Virus record (IMG/VR): IMGVR_UViG_3300009068_000023
Length of the DNA stretch: 64,000 nucleotides
Strand: one strand, 5' to 3'
Source of the DNA: a virus
Shown here: positions 8,238 through 17,776 of the stretch, one piece after another
Layout: every line of letters starts with the position of its first letter
How positions within the stretch are numbered: position 1 is the stretch's first letter
The notes under the pieces: model-generated
Databases searched by the model: none
Told to the model about the DNA's origin: nothing
Seen by the model: the letters and a program-made list of their open reading frames with translations, nothing else
Program-made: the position numbers and the translations under genes

Positions 8238-8960
8238 ATGGACCACTCCTTCATACAACGTGTTACAAAAGTAACCACTCCTAACTTCCAAGCTGCTGAT
8301 TTTACATCCACCAAGTACAAGGGTGAGATTCAGCATATTATCAATACTCATTTCTTTCCTAAGTTTGATATTAACGACACTGTCAATGGTGTTGATATTA
8401 GCAAGCTTAATAGATGTATTGATACATTGAGAAGTGAAGGGCTGGCTTACTTCACACCTATGTTTAAGTCTTACAATCTCAAAGGCATTGGTCCTGGTGA
8501 GGTCATGTTATACTTCTTGATCGACAATGCATATCTTGGTGGCGGTAGTAGCAACGTGGATATGTTCGTTGGTTCAGAAGGTTATGAGATCAAGGCTGTG
8601 GATGTTAGTTCGGATGGCTATGCCTACAACTTTAAGACCGGCGGGACTGTTCCTACATCTAACATCATAGAGAAGTTCTATGCTCTAGGACAGAAGTTTA
8701 AGATGACTATCTCAAGAACAGAGATCAGCAAAGGGACTTTGGAGACCTTGCGGAGCAAGGATCAGGCCAGCTTTGATCGCATAGTTGATCAATATGTCGA
8801 TGTGGCGTATAATGATTACTTCAAGCTACACAAGTTTATCTTCATTAGAAACACCGGGAGCAAGATGGGCCGGGTTGAGTCGGTCAAGGAAGTGAAGAAG
8901 AGTGATGTCAAGCTAGAAAGAATCACGGCCGGGGTCATCAAGCCAAGAGTCAAGCTGTGA
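8238..8960 (+). CDS. hypothetical protein, possible PD-(D/E)xK nuclease fold
   Basis: GIGPGE...VD.......YEIKA pattern. Confidence 0.55.
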   Translation: MDHSFIQRVTKVTTPNFQAADFTSTKYKGEIQHIINTHFFPKFDINDTVNGVDISKLNRCIDTLRSEGLAYFTPMFKSYNLKGIGPGEVMLYFLIDNAYLGGGSSNVDMFVGSEGYEIKAVDVSSDGYAYNFKTGGTVPTSNIIEKFYALGQKFKMTISRTEISKGTLETLRSKDQASFDRIVDQYVDVAYNDYFKLHKFIFIRNTGSKMGRVESVKEVKKSDVKLERITAGVIKPRVKL

Positions 8961-9083
8961 GATAGCACTAATCGGGCTAACTAAATAAACGAGCGGGCCG
9001 CCTCTGGCTTCGCCAGTAGATTCAGCTGGAGGCAGTATACCAAATATAGTAGCAACAGCAAACTGGCTTGAGCAACTATAAGG

Positions 9084-9091
9084 TATAAATA
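9084..9091 (+). promoter_or_regulatory. T4-type late promoter
   Basis: TATAAATA upstream of ORF 9135. Confidence 0.75.
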
Positions 9092-9134
9092 CCTTTACGG
9101 ATAAGTCTACGGAAAACTCCGATAAGGGAAAAAT

Positions 9135-10154
9135 ATGCCATTAGATGATTTAACACAGTCTCTACCTGTGTCTGTAAAGAAGCCTACCAAAGGCTCCAGC
9201 AAGAAGAATGCTAAGGATATTGTTATCAACCCTAAACTAAATGTTGATTTAGGGGAAGATAGCGAGCATCTAGAAGAAAAAGTTGTTACAGACAAGCACA
9301 GAAAAAAGGTAGCTCTGCTCAAAGACAAGCTACGCATTCGTCTTAAGAAATTGAAGGCGAGCAAGAATGTTCAAGAATCATTCACATACGACGACTTCAA
9401 CAAGATAGCAGATCTTGTTGACACACCTTCTTTAACTGAAGGTGCAGAAGCCAAGTTGTTATTCAAGGCTATCACTTCAGGTATCCCGTTCAAGACTCTC
9501 GTCGAAGTGTTCGAACGTGGTGCTGCCGAACAAAAAGAAAACAAAACCTTCGAGCAAACTGCGTTTGAAAGAGTCAACTCTTTCATTAACGGCGGTAAGG
9601 CGTGGGAAATAGATAGCGACCTTACAGAAGGTCTAAAGAATCCTAAAGACAATCCTTGCTGGAAAGGTTACAAGCCAGTAGGAACTAAGGAAAAGAACGG
9701 CAAGACAGTACCTAACTGCGTTCCAGAAGAAACAACAACACAAATTAATCGTGATTTCAAGGAAGCTTTTGAAAATCACGTAGATATTAATGAAATCTCT
9801 ACTGAAACCAAGATGAGATATGTGGCTAAAGCCGCTTCATCTACAAACGAACCAAAATCAGACGAATCACATTCTGATTATGTAAATAGAGTAGGTAAGA
9901 GATTATCAGGAATTAAGAAAGCTCTTAGAAAAACTAATCCTTCTACTCGTTTTCAGAAGGAATCAGTGCAAATTCCTGATAAAATGACAAGAAAGCTTAA
10001 GAAAGTTACAGTACAACTAGATAAATCAGTAAAAACTCATCATAAACAGAGCAAACTACTGAAAAAACTAGTTTCTCAGGACTCCTCTGATGTAAAAGAG
10101 GAAAAAAACTGTGGTTGCGGGCAAACTCCTTGCATAACTTACGGGAAACAGTAA
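9135..10154 (+). CDS. probable virion internal/prohead-core-associated protein
   Basis: Late promoter; Glu-rich gp21-type cleavage-like motifs (LEE, LTE, INE); ERVNSFI and PCWKGY...VPNCVP modules. Confidence 0.55.
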   Translation: MPLDDLTQSLPVSVKKPTKGSSKKNAKDIVINPKLNVDLGEDSEHLEEKVVTDKHRKKVALLKDKLRIRLKKLKASKNVQESFTYDDFNKIADLVDTPSLTEGAEAKLLFKAITSGIPFKTLVEVFERGAAEQKENKTFEQTAFERVNSFINGGKAWEIDSDLTEGLKNPKDNPCWKGYKPVGTKEKNGKTVPNCVPEETTTQINRDFKEAFENHVDINEISTETKMRYVAKAASSTNEPKSDESHSDYVNRVGKRLSGIKKALRKTNPSTRFQKESVQIPDKMTRKLKKVTVQLDKSVKTHHKQSKLLKKLVSQDSSDVKEEKNCGCGQTPCITYGKQ

Positions 10155-10157
10155 AAA

Positions 10158-10346
10158 ATGGTCTCGTTTAAAGTCTTTCTAGAGAATTTTATGAACGGAA
10201 AGAATCCTCAAGACAAGGGGGATATGGCTAGACAAGGTCTTAAAGGAAAGTCTTTAACGCAACTAAGAAAAATAAGATCATCTAAATCAGCTTCACCAAG
10301 AGCAAAGCAACTAGCTCATTGGTTTATTAACATGCACAAGAGATAA
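10158..10346 (+). CDS. small basic internal-protein-like ORF
   Basis: N-terminus MVSFKVFLE resembles the T4 capsid-targeting sequence. Confidence 0.6.
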   Translation: MVSFKVFLENFMNGKNPQDKGDMARQGLKGKSLTQLRKIRSSKSASPRAKQLAHWFINMHKR

Positions 10347-10347
10347 C

Positions 10348-10647
10348 ATGCTTTCATTTCTAGAATTCATACAATTAGAAGAATCAGCAGCATGGCAACG
10401 CAAGGAAGGTAAGAATCCTACCGGCGGACTGAATGCAAAAGGGATTGCTTCATATCGTAGAGAGAACCCAGGTAGCAAATTATCTCTAGCTGTTACTACT
10501 AAGCCATCTGAGCTGAAGCACGGAAGCAAGGCTTGGAAAAGACGTAAGTCGTTTTGTTCTCGTATGAGTGGTGTCAAGGGTCCTATGAAGGACGAGAAAG
10601 GCAGACCAACTCGCAAAGCTCTTGCTTTAAGAAAGTGGAATTGTTAA
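10348..10647 (+). CDS. basic protein, DUF6321-like
   Basis: AAWQRKEGKNPTGGLNAKG...RRKSFCSRM...ALRKWNC. Confidence 0.7.
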   Translation: MLSFLEFIQLEESAAWQRKEGKNPTGGLNAKGIASYRRENPGSKLSLAVTTKPSELKHGSKAWKRRKSFCSRMSGVKGPMKDEKGRPTRKALALRKWNC

Positions 10648-10648
10648 G

Positions 10649-11062
10649 ATGAAGAATTTTAAAAACTTTTTATTTGAAAGTGCTACAGGCTGCCCTATAG
10701 CAACTCACGATTTAGCACTCAATCTTGAGAACAGACAGGTAGCTATAGACAAGTATGGATATGGTCCTATGAATCCTATGGAGCCTTCTGAAGACTTCTG
10801 GGCTGAAAAGGCTAAGATGTGGAAAGTAACTCCAGAATACGCAAAAACATCAAGATGTGGAAACTGCGCTGCATTTAATATTTCAGATCAAATGCGCAAA
10901 TGTATTGAAGATGGAATAAAAGAAACACCTGACGGTGGGGTTATGGCAACCATAGAAAAAGCTGACTTAGGTTACTGTACTATATTACATTTTAAGTGTG
11001 CTGGTACAAGAACTTGTGATGCATGGCTAACCGACGGGCCTCTAGATAACAAGGATCTATAA
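10649..11062 (+). CDS. Cys-rich metal-binding hypothetical protein
   Basis: CGNC...GYC...FKC....TCDAW. Confidence 0.65.
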   Translation: MKNFKNFLFESATGCPIATHDLALNLENRQVAIDKYGYGPMNPMEPSEDFWAEKAKMWKVTPEYAKTSRCGNCAAFNISDQMRKCIEDGIKETPDGGVMATIEKADLGYCTILHFKCAGTRTCDAWLTDGPLDNKDL

Positions 11063-11508
11063 TGGAAGCATTAGTTAACTTAATGAACAAACTGCTAGCC
11101 GATACGTTCGCAGTTTATTTAAAATCACACTACTATCACTGGAATGTAGAGGGTAAAGATTTTCCTCAGTACCATGAGTTCTTAAATGAGCTTTATGAAG
11201 AGCTTTATGGCTCAGTAGATGATATTGCAGAACATATCAGACAACTAGATGCTTATGCACCAGGCACTCTTGCTAGATTTAAAGAATTAACATCAGTTCA
11301 AGAAAATACTTCGATGCCAATGCCAGCAAGAGATATGTTTGAAGATCTGTATACAGAACTTAATAGCTACTATATTAACTTGCTTCCTGTTTATAAGATG
11401 GCAGAATTGTTTAGTGAGCATGGTTTATCTAACTTTATTCAAGATAGAATGGTTGCTATTAAGAAACACTTATGGATGATCAAGTCAATTCTTAAAGGTG
11501 CAGAATGA
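11062..11508 (+). CDS. dps: Dps / ferritin-like DNA-protection protein
   Basis: HYYHWNVEG, FPQYHEFL, DDIAEHIR ferroxidase-centre motifs. Confidence 0.9.
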   Translation: MEALVNLMNKLLADTFAVYLKSHYYHWNVEGKDFPQYHEFLNELYEELYGSVDDIAEHIRQLDAYAPGTLARFKELTSVQENTSMPMPARDMFEDLYTELNSYYINLLPVYKMAELFSEHGLSNFIQDRMVAIKKHLWMIKSILKGAE

Positions 11509-12074
11509 ATCAATACTCTAGCTTAGAATCTATCATCAGAAAGGTTATGCTGGGTGAGGCTGTTAGAATCGAAAAGGATCCTGCAGATCAAGTGTCTGCT
11601 GGTACTTACACAACCAAAAATTTTGAAATGTGCCCGCAAGCTCAAAAGCTATATTCAGATCTACCAAAGACTGTTAATCCGGATGATGCAGAGAAATCAG
11701 CTATTTTTCATGACGAGCTGTTTGGTTTAGAAAAAGAAGTGCTTGCTAGAAGCAGATCATCCACGGCTGACGTAGCTAGAGCTAAAGAACTAGCAGTCAA
11801 AATAAAACATATGGCTGAAAAGATGAATTTGGTTAGCCAACACTCTTATGTTGATACTCATGTATCAAATATAGAAAAGCATTTAGATACTGACAATACT
11901 AACACTGTCGATGCAAAAACCTTTGATATTAATGCAGAAATGAGAAAAAGGTTTTCTAGTCCTCCTTACTATAATACCAAAGAAGTACAGGACTATGATA
12001 TAGATAATACTAAATTTGCTATTAGTAGAAACTTAAAAGCTCAAAGAAAAATAAAAATTATAGACAACGACTAG
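11505..12074 (+). CDS. hypothetical protein
   Basis: 189-aa ORF coupled to dps. Confidence 0.7.
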   Translation: MNQYSSLESIIRKVMLGEAVRIEKDPADQVSAGTYTTKNFEMCPQAQKLYSDLPKTVNPDDAEKSAIFHDELFGLEKEVLARSRSSTADVARAKELAVKIKHMAEKMNLVSQHSYVDTHVSNIEKHLDTDNTNTVDAKTFDINAEMRKRFSSPPYYNTKEVQDYDIDNTKFAISRNLKAQRKIKIIDND

Positions 12075-12083
12075 GAGACTTAA

Positions 12084-13478
12084 ATGTTATTCAACGGACC
12101 AAAATCACTTCTTGATTCTATTAATAATATTATTAAAGAAGGAAGTGAACAATATGCACAAGAGCAAGCTGAGATGGATAAGCTTGTAGCAGAAAAAATG
12201 CTTTCACCAAAGCAAAAGAAGATTGCTAAGGTCGCCGGAGATCCAGATAAGATGGATGCTGCTGATTTTGCTGCTCTTCGTTCAGGTAAGAAGATGAATA
12301 GTGAAGGCTATAATGCCAAGAGAGAGCATGAGCTAAACATGGATGCAGCTCAAAGACATATGGATCGCAGAGCAGCTGAAGGCGAAGACATGACTGGTGC
12401 TAAAATTCATCCTAAGACATATGAAATTATTATGCCTAAGAGTAATACTAAGAAAATGGCCAAAGAAGAAGTAGAGCAAGTTCAGGAAGGAGACCCTTCG
12501 TACTACAAAGGAAAGAGCACCACTGGTAATGCTTTACCAGATCCAGGTTCTTTTGCAGACAGAAAGCGAACTGGCAATACTTTTTTGAAGGGATTCAAGT
12601 CCAATCCGCAGCCAATCAAGCCCTACGTAGCCCCTAAAAGCAAAAATGAAGAAGTTGAACAGGTTGATGAACTATCCAATGACACTTTAAAGTCATACCT
12701 TACAAAGGTTAAATCTAAGCAGGCCATGCGCCTTGTCCATGCCAATATGGGTGTTCCTGGAATGAGAAAAAAGTCTTTTACTGATTTAGAGAGAAGCGGT
12801 AAGAGCATGGATCTAGCGCGTCGTAAGATGACTAGTGAAGAAGTAGAGCAAGTAGGTGAGGCTAAGGATACCCCAGGAAACGGACGTGAGCATCAATGTG
12901 CTATTCATGTAAAGTCAGAGCAGTTTGGGGAAGGTAGAACTCTTACCACTCAACATGCTGAACCAGATGAAAGTGGAAATATTGCCTGGTACGATGTTAT
13001 GTTTGATCATGGCATCGAGCGGGTAATGACAGAGGATATCGAAGTTCTAGTATCAGAAGCCCACACTCATAGTAAGAAAGCTATGAAGGAAGAAGTATCT
13101 GATATCGAAGAGGGTCGCGGTCGCCCACGTAAGAATCCAGAAGATCCAAAGTGGAAGAAGATGGAAACAAAGCCTGCTGCAAAGAGCCACGACGATGATG
13201 AAGAAGATCACGGACCAGCTAGACCAGGCTCACCACACCTAACTACAGAGCCAGACAAGCATATTGCAGTACAACTCAAGGTTGCAAAAGATATGCATGA
13301 CGAAAAGGGTGGTGCTGACGTTAAATTTGCTAATGGTAAGACCCACTTTGTTAAGCATGATGTAGCCGGCAAGCTTCTAGGCGCAATGGACAAGCTTAAG
13401 CCTGCCGACCGCGCCAAGGTGCACGATCATATTGCTCAATCTCATGAAAATCTAATGGCAGTGCACAAGGTGCTCTAA
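12084..13478 (+). CDS. prohead-core/internal-type protein
   Basis: Repeated EEVEQVxE cleavage-like motifs; AT-hook-like GRGRPRK. Confidence 0.6.
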   Translation: MLFNGPKSLLDSINNIIKEGSEQYAQEQAEMDKLVAEKMLSPKQKKIAKVAGDPDKMDAADFAALRSGKKMNSEGYNAKREHELNMDAAQRHMDRRAAEGEDMTGAKIHPKTYEIIMPKSNTKKMAKEEVEQVQEGDPSYYKGKSTTGNALPDPGSFADRKRTGNTFLKGFKSNPQPIKPYVAPKSKNEEVEQVDELSNDTLKSYLTKVKSKQAMRLVHANMGVPGMRKKSFTDLERSGKSMDLARRKMTSEEVEQVGEAKDTPGNGREHQCAIHVKSEQFGEGRTLTTQHAEPDESGNIAWYDVMFDHGIERVMTEDIEVLVSEAHTHSKKAMKEEVSDIEEGRGRPRKNPEDPKWKKMETKPAAKSHDDDEEDHGPARPGSPHLTTEPDKHIAVQLKVAKDMHDEKGGADVKFANGKTHFVKHDVAGKLLGAMDKLKPADRAKVHDHIAQSHENLMAVHKVL

Positions 13479-13720
13479 TGGGACTGTCCGTTAATACTTT
13501 TATTATAGTAGGTAATGAAAAAGAATCTGTTACTTTACCTCCGCCGCCTCCACCGCCCCCGGTCGAGACGGTGGCTGATGTAAAGGCAAGAGCTGGTAAG
13601 AAAAAGACAAAGATGAATGTTGAAGACATTAAAGAACCTTCTGTAGTAATCGACGGAAAGGTTAAAAAGATAAGCAAGAAATCGGCCTATCTAATCGATA
13701 TGTTAACTTTAGACGACTAA
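13478..13720 (+). CDS. hypothetical protein with poly-Pro
   Basis: TAATG coupling. Confidence 0.55.
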   Translation: MGLSVNTFIIVGNEKESVTLPPPPPPPPVETVADVKARAGKKKTKMNVEDIKEPSVVIDGKVKKISKKSAYLIDMLTLDD

Positions 13721-13753
13721 TAAATATTTTTATTTACAAACAGGAGAAGTATA

Positions 13754-14590
13754 ATGTCACAATGGGGAAAATCAGACGCTAGTTCAAATAGCGTTCTATG
13801 GGCTCCAACAAGCGTAAAGCTTGCGCCCAATACTACAAATAGAGACGCGCTTTATAGCAATACTACACCAGATGCTTTCATTCCTACCGAAACTGTTGGT
13901 ATGTTTGCAGTTGATCCAACAGAAGTAGCTGTAGCAGCCGGCAACGTTGCTCAAATTACTATCACGTTCGGTGGTTCAGGATATACTGGCAATACTACAG
14001 TATCATTCTCAGGGGGTGGTGGTTCATCAGCTACAGCTAACGCATTCGCCAATCTTTCTACTGGTAGAATTACAAGCGTTAATATTACCGCTGCTGGATC
14101 AGGTTATGTAACAAATCCAGTTGTTGCTATTACTGCTCCAACAGCTATAACATTTAATGCGCTATCAGCTGTTTCAAACACCAATGATACCATTGCACTT
14201 ACGACTGCTAATAGCAAATTTGTTGTTGGAGATAGACTTACATACACAGTAGCAGCTGGTAATACGGCTGTTGGTGGGCTAACAACAGGTACACAGTATT
14301 ACGTTGTTGCAGCTAATACAACAACTATTAAGCTCTCGAGCACCGCATCCGGTAGCGCAATCGATCTAACAGCTGGCGTTACTGAGACAGGTCATAGTCT
14401 CACAGGCGAAACTGCTACTGCTACTGCTGTGGTCGGTGGAGCTCAAAACAAGGGTGTTCAGCATGCCGGTTGGGTTCTACGTACGGTAGGAACTGGTGGT
14501 CGCGCTGGCCGTGTTCAATATGAAACCTTAGTTGCCATGGGTAGCATTTCTACTGATGGTAGTGATGATTCAATTCTTCCGGATGCTTAA
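13754..14590 (+). CDS. virion structural protein
   Basis: Late-promoter variant AATAAATA, AGGAG RBS; MSQWG..D N-terminus, G.GY repeats, HAGWV...GRAGRVQYETLVAM C-terminus. Confidence 0.7.
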   Translation: MSQWGKSDASSNSVLWAPTSVKLAPNTTNRDALYSNTTPDAFIPTETVGMFAVDPTEVAVAAGNVAQITITFGGSGYTGNTTVSFSGGGGSSATANAFANLSTGRITSVNITAAGSGYVTNPVVAITAPTAITFNALSAVSNTNDTIALTTANSKFVVGDRLTYTVAAGNTAVGGLTTGTQYYVVAANTTTIKLSSTASGSAIDLTAGVTETGHSLTGETATATAVVGGAQNKGVQHAGWVLRTVGTGGRAGRVQYETLVAMGSISTDGSDDSILPDA

Positions 14591-14593
14591 TAA

Positions 14594-15682
14594 ATGACAG
14601 ATCGTTCCAAAAAAATTACCGAACTTACAACATTATCTAACGCATCGCCTGATGATCTATTAGTCATAGTAGATGACCCAGCTGGTGTTCCAGAGACTAA
14701 AAAAATAACAGTAGGTAGATTTTTTGGAAACGTTGCAACAAATACTGTTTTTAAATCTGCTGTGTCTTCAAATGGAAGTGTAAGTATTGCCAATACATTA
14801 AATGTATCCGGTGTTGCTTCATTTACCTCAAACATTAGCTTTAAAGGCACTATCCTTGCTAATACCACCCCTGTTATTAATTCAACAGGTTATTGGGTAG
14901 GCAACCCATCAGGACTTAAAGGCGACAAAGGCAGCGCCGGCGAGGCCGGCGCTAGCTCCTCCCTTTATAAGTTTAAAGCAAACACTGTAAGCACTACAGG
15001 GTACCCAGGAGAATCAAGGGTATCATATAGCAACACAACACAAATTAACTCAAATGTTGTTCGTGTTAGCCGCCTTACATTAGATCAAGTAGATATTGAT
15101 ATCTTTTTAACACTGCTAGCAAAGAATACTATCTTTGTTATTCAAAAAGAAAACGTAAGTGGAGATTATCAGGTCTGGCGTATAACTGATACCCCAACTA
15201 ATATTAATGCAAACACTTCAAGTAGCTATTGGAATATACCTGTAGCTTTAGAGCGTTCTGGTGGGGCTGGTACAACTAATTTATCTGATAACTCCGAAGT
15301 CATATTTGTAGTAACTAGCTCGCCAACAAACCTGCTACCTACTATTCCAGTTAATAGTAGTTCTAATAATGAAATAACACTAGAAAATGATGTAGTCATT
15401 AAGCTATCACCTAAAGCATACGGTAACTCTACAGCATATCATCTGTCTGACGGCACAGAAGGTCAGTTGCTATACTTAGTACCAGCTACAGGTTTTTCTA
15501 ATGTGGAATCTACAGGTATTAATATAGATCATTGCAGATACAGTTCTAATAATTCTATTATCCAAGGCGCCGGTTCTTATTGGATGCCATTTTATTCTAA
15601 CTCTTCTACCAGATCTTGTTTAGCTACTCTAGTCTTTACAGATGGTTATTGGAACTTGCCGCATTCAAAGTTCTATAGTTAA
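14594..15682 (+). CDS. fibre-like structural protein
   Basis: KKITELTTL...DDLLVIVD...TKKIT attachment motif; short collagen-like segment. Confidence 0.6.
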   Translation: MTDRSKKITELTTLSNASPDDLLVIVDDPAGVPETKKITVGRFFGNVATNTVFKSAVSSNGSVSIANTLNVSGVASFTSNISFKGTILANTTPVINSTGYWVGNPSGLKGDKGSAGEAGASSSLYKFKANTVSTTGYPGESRVSYSNTTQINSNVVRVSRLTLDQVDIDIFLTLLAKNTIFVIQKENVSGDYQVWRITDTPTNINANTSSSYWNIPVALERSGGAGTTNLSDNSEVIFVVTSSPTNLLPTIPVNSSSNNEITLENDVVIKLSPKAYGNSTAYHLSDGTEGQLLYLVPATGFSNVESTGINIDHCRYSSNNSIIQGAGSYWMPFYSNSSTRSCLATLVFTDGYWNLPHSKFYS

Positions 15683-15686
15683 GTTT

Positions 15687-16082
15687 ATGACTACTGAAAA
15701 AATAGATGAAACAAACTTTCTGTTATTTGCTGCAAAACATTATGATAATCCATCCTGTTTTGATACTACTGAGTTTTATGAAGATTTAAATAGATTAAAG
15801 TATTTAAAGAGACTCTTTAGTAGGTATGATGAGACCGGAGAATTAAAGGAAAGACTTATTCTCAATCATATTATAGTTCTGTATAACCTATTTGGTGTAC
15901 CTGCAGCAACTAAAATGTTATTTTTTAAGTTAAAAGATTATTATCATTTGCTAAAGCCTTTTTTAGTATTTTTAAATTACTGCCCTGACCGAGTAGAAGG
16001 AATAGGTCTAGAAAATAATACAGTAATTACTTCTAATATTAAAATGGACCAGAAAATAATTACCGTATTAAGAGGAATTTAA
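15687..16082 (+). CDS. conserved T4-like phage protein
   Basis: FLLFAAKHYDNPSC...ERLILNHIIVLYNLFG motif. Confidence 0.75.
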   Translation: MTTEKIDETNFLLFAAKHYDNPSCFDTTEFYEDLNRLKYLKRLFSRYDETGELKERLILNHIIVLYNLFGVPAATKMLFFKLKDYYHLLKPFLVFLNYCPDRVEGIGLENNTVITSNIKMDQKIITVLRGI

Positions 16083-16540
16083 TGGCAGGCAAAGTAGTAG
16101 ATCTTTTTATGATCTATCAGTTTTTAAAGAGACTTGCAACCCCATTTGATAAGTGGGATGCATACAAGCTTGGCATTATAGATGCTGATGGTAAAGTGTT
16201 GCGCAAATCTAGCACACTCAAGACCCAAGAAGAAAAAGATTCGTGGGGATACTTTGATCGGTTAGTTGCTAACTTGAAAAAACTATTAGGCAAAGTTCCA
16301 GGCGGTAAAACTAGAATAGCTTCCTATGCTGCAGCGCTTTTACTCTTAAAAGAAAGTGTTAATGAAGAAGATAAGAGTGAAGAAGAGCTACTTTCTTTAC
16401 TAGAAGATGAAATAGCAAATGTTGCAGGTGCAGGAAAAATTGCTGGCATGGGTGTAGGCCCGCAAGGTGAACCACCAGTTAATAATAAAAAGCCTATTTT
16501 AGCAAAGACGCTAAAGAGAAGGAAACCAAATGCGATATAG
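16082..16540 (+). CDS. conserved T4-like phage protein
   Basis: YQFLKRLATPFDKWDAYKLGIID...ASYAAALLLLKE. Confidence 0.75.
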   Translation: MAGKVVDLFMIYQFLKRLATPFDKWDAYKLGIIDADGKVLRKSSTLKTQEEKDSWGYFDRLVANLKKLLGKVPGGKTRIASYAAALLLLKESVNEEDKSEEELLSLLEDEIANVAGAGKIAGMGVGPQGEPPVNNKKPILAKTLKRRKPNAI

Positions 16541-16922
16541 TATCATAGCCGCCTTATTATACTTAACTGGTTGCAGCTCTTATTTCTTAGCTAACTACGA
16601 CACCAACGAGTACGCATTAATTAATGACATAAGAACAACAGCAGAGCTTTCTAAATTGCATTGCAAAGATGTAACTTACATGCGCAACGCGGCTGAGATA
16701 ATTTTTTATAAAGCAACAGCTTTTAAAAACTTTACTAGTGGATTTGGTCATAATGAAGATAGTATATCAGCAGCCTCTAACCTATTGAATATAGCTAAGG
16801 GGCTTAATGAAAAGTATAATTCAGGTGTAGTTCCAAGCATTGCTTATTGTGAGAGTAAAGTTTCTTCCTTAGAAGATACGTCTAAGGCTATTCAAACAAT
16901 AATTGCAAGGAAACCAAGATGA
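16530..16922 (+). CDS. lipoprotein
   Basis: Signal peptide with LTGC lipobox. Confidence 0.7.
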   Translation: MRYSIIAALLYLTGCSSYFLANYDTNEYALINDIRTTAELSKLHCKDVTYMRNAAEIIFYKATAFKNFTSGFGHNEDSISAASNLLNIAKGLNEKYNSGVVPSIAYCESKVSSLEDTSKAIQTIIARKPR

Positions 16923-17161
16923 TCGACGAAATTAAGTCATATCTAACATGTGATTGTGATTTAACAAAAAGTATAGCTCTGCGTACTGTGGAGCTTCAAG
17001 ATCTCCATAATAAAAAAAAGATAAGTAATGAAGAATATATTGAATTGTTAGGGGACTTAGTATCACAGAAAAATGTGGACATGTCTCTTAAGCAGCTAGC
17101 CGTTAAAGAGTCGCTTAATAAACTTATTAACGGGCTTATAGCAGCTGCATCAGTAGTATAA
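16919..17161 (+). CDS. hypothetical protein
   Basis: ATGA coupling. Confidence 0.6.
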   Translation: MIDEIKSYLTCDCDLTKSIALRTVELQDLHNKKKISNEEYIELLGDLVSQKNVDMSLKQLAVKESLNKLINGLIAAASVV

Positions 17162-17179
17162 AAATAATAAGAGGTAAAA

Positions 17180-17497
17180 ATGCCCGATTTGCAGAACAGT
17201 ACCGATCAAGAACATTGGATGAATTCAAAATGGCGCCCTATGATGGGGTGGACTTACATGGTAACATGTATTTTTGATTTCATTATAGGTCCAATTTTTT
17301 ACAATCTACTACAGTTCTGGAACCCTGGGCAACAAGTGGGTATGTGGCAACCTCTTACTCTTGGTGGCGGCGGGCTTTATCACCTCGCAATGGGTGCTGT
17401 ACTAGGTATTGCAGCATGGTCAAGAGGCCAAGAAAAGATTGCTAATATCACTACAGAGTCGAGTAAGCAGAACAATATCGAAGGTGTAGGTGAGTGA
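17180..17497 (+). CDS. holin (GTA 3TM-holin-like)
   Basis: WRPMMGW...C.FDF and MGAVLGIAAWSRGQEK motifs, hydrophobic helices. Confidence 0.7.
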   Translation: MPDLQNSTDQEHWMNSKWRPMMGWTYMVTCIFDFIIGPIFYNLLQFWNPGQQVGMWQPLTLGGGGLYHLAMGAVLGIAAWSRGQEKIANITTESSKQNNIEGVGE

Positions 17498-17736
17498 TGG
17501 AAACATTTGACACTAATTCGAGAATAGCCGTGCTAGAAAACGAAATTAAAAACATAGCTTCCGATATTAAGGAATTAAAAGTGGACCAGAAAGAGCAACA
17601 TAATGCTCTGATGAAACACTTTGTTAGTATTGAAGAACGCCTTTCCAATCTCGAAAAATGGAGATGGATGGTGGTTGGCGGAGCTATGGTTATAGGATTC
17701 CTTCTATCAAACGTTAGTAAGTTGATCGGCAGTTGA
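17494..17736 (+). CDS. coiled-coil protein with C-terminal TM
   Basis: RIAVLE...LEKWRWMVVGG. Confidence 0.65.
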   Translation: MMETFDTNSRIAVLENEIKNIASDIKELKVDQKEQHNALMKHFVSIEERLSNLEKWRWMVVGGAMVIGFLLSNVSKLIGS

Positions 17737-17776
17737 TTTAATTCATCTTTACCTACTATAATGTAGTGTAGGATGG

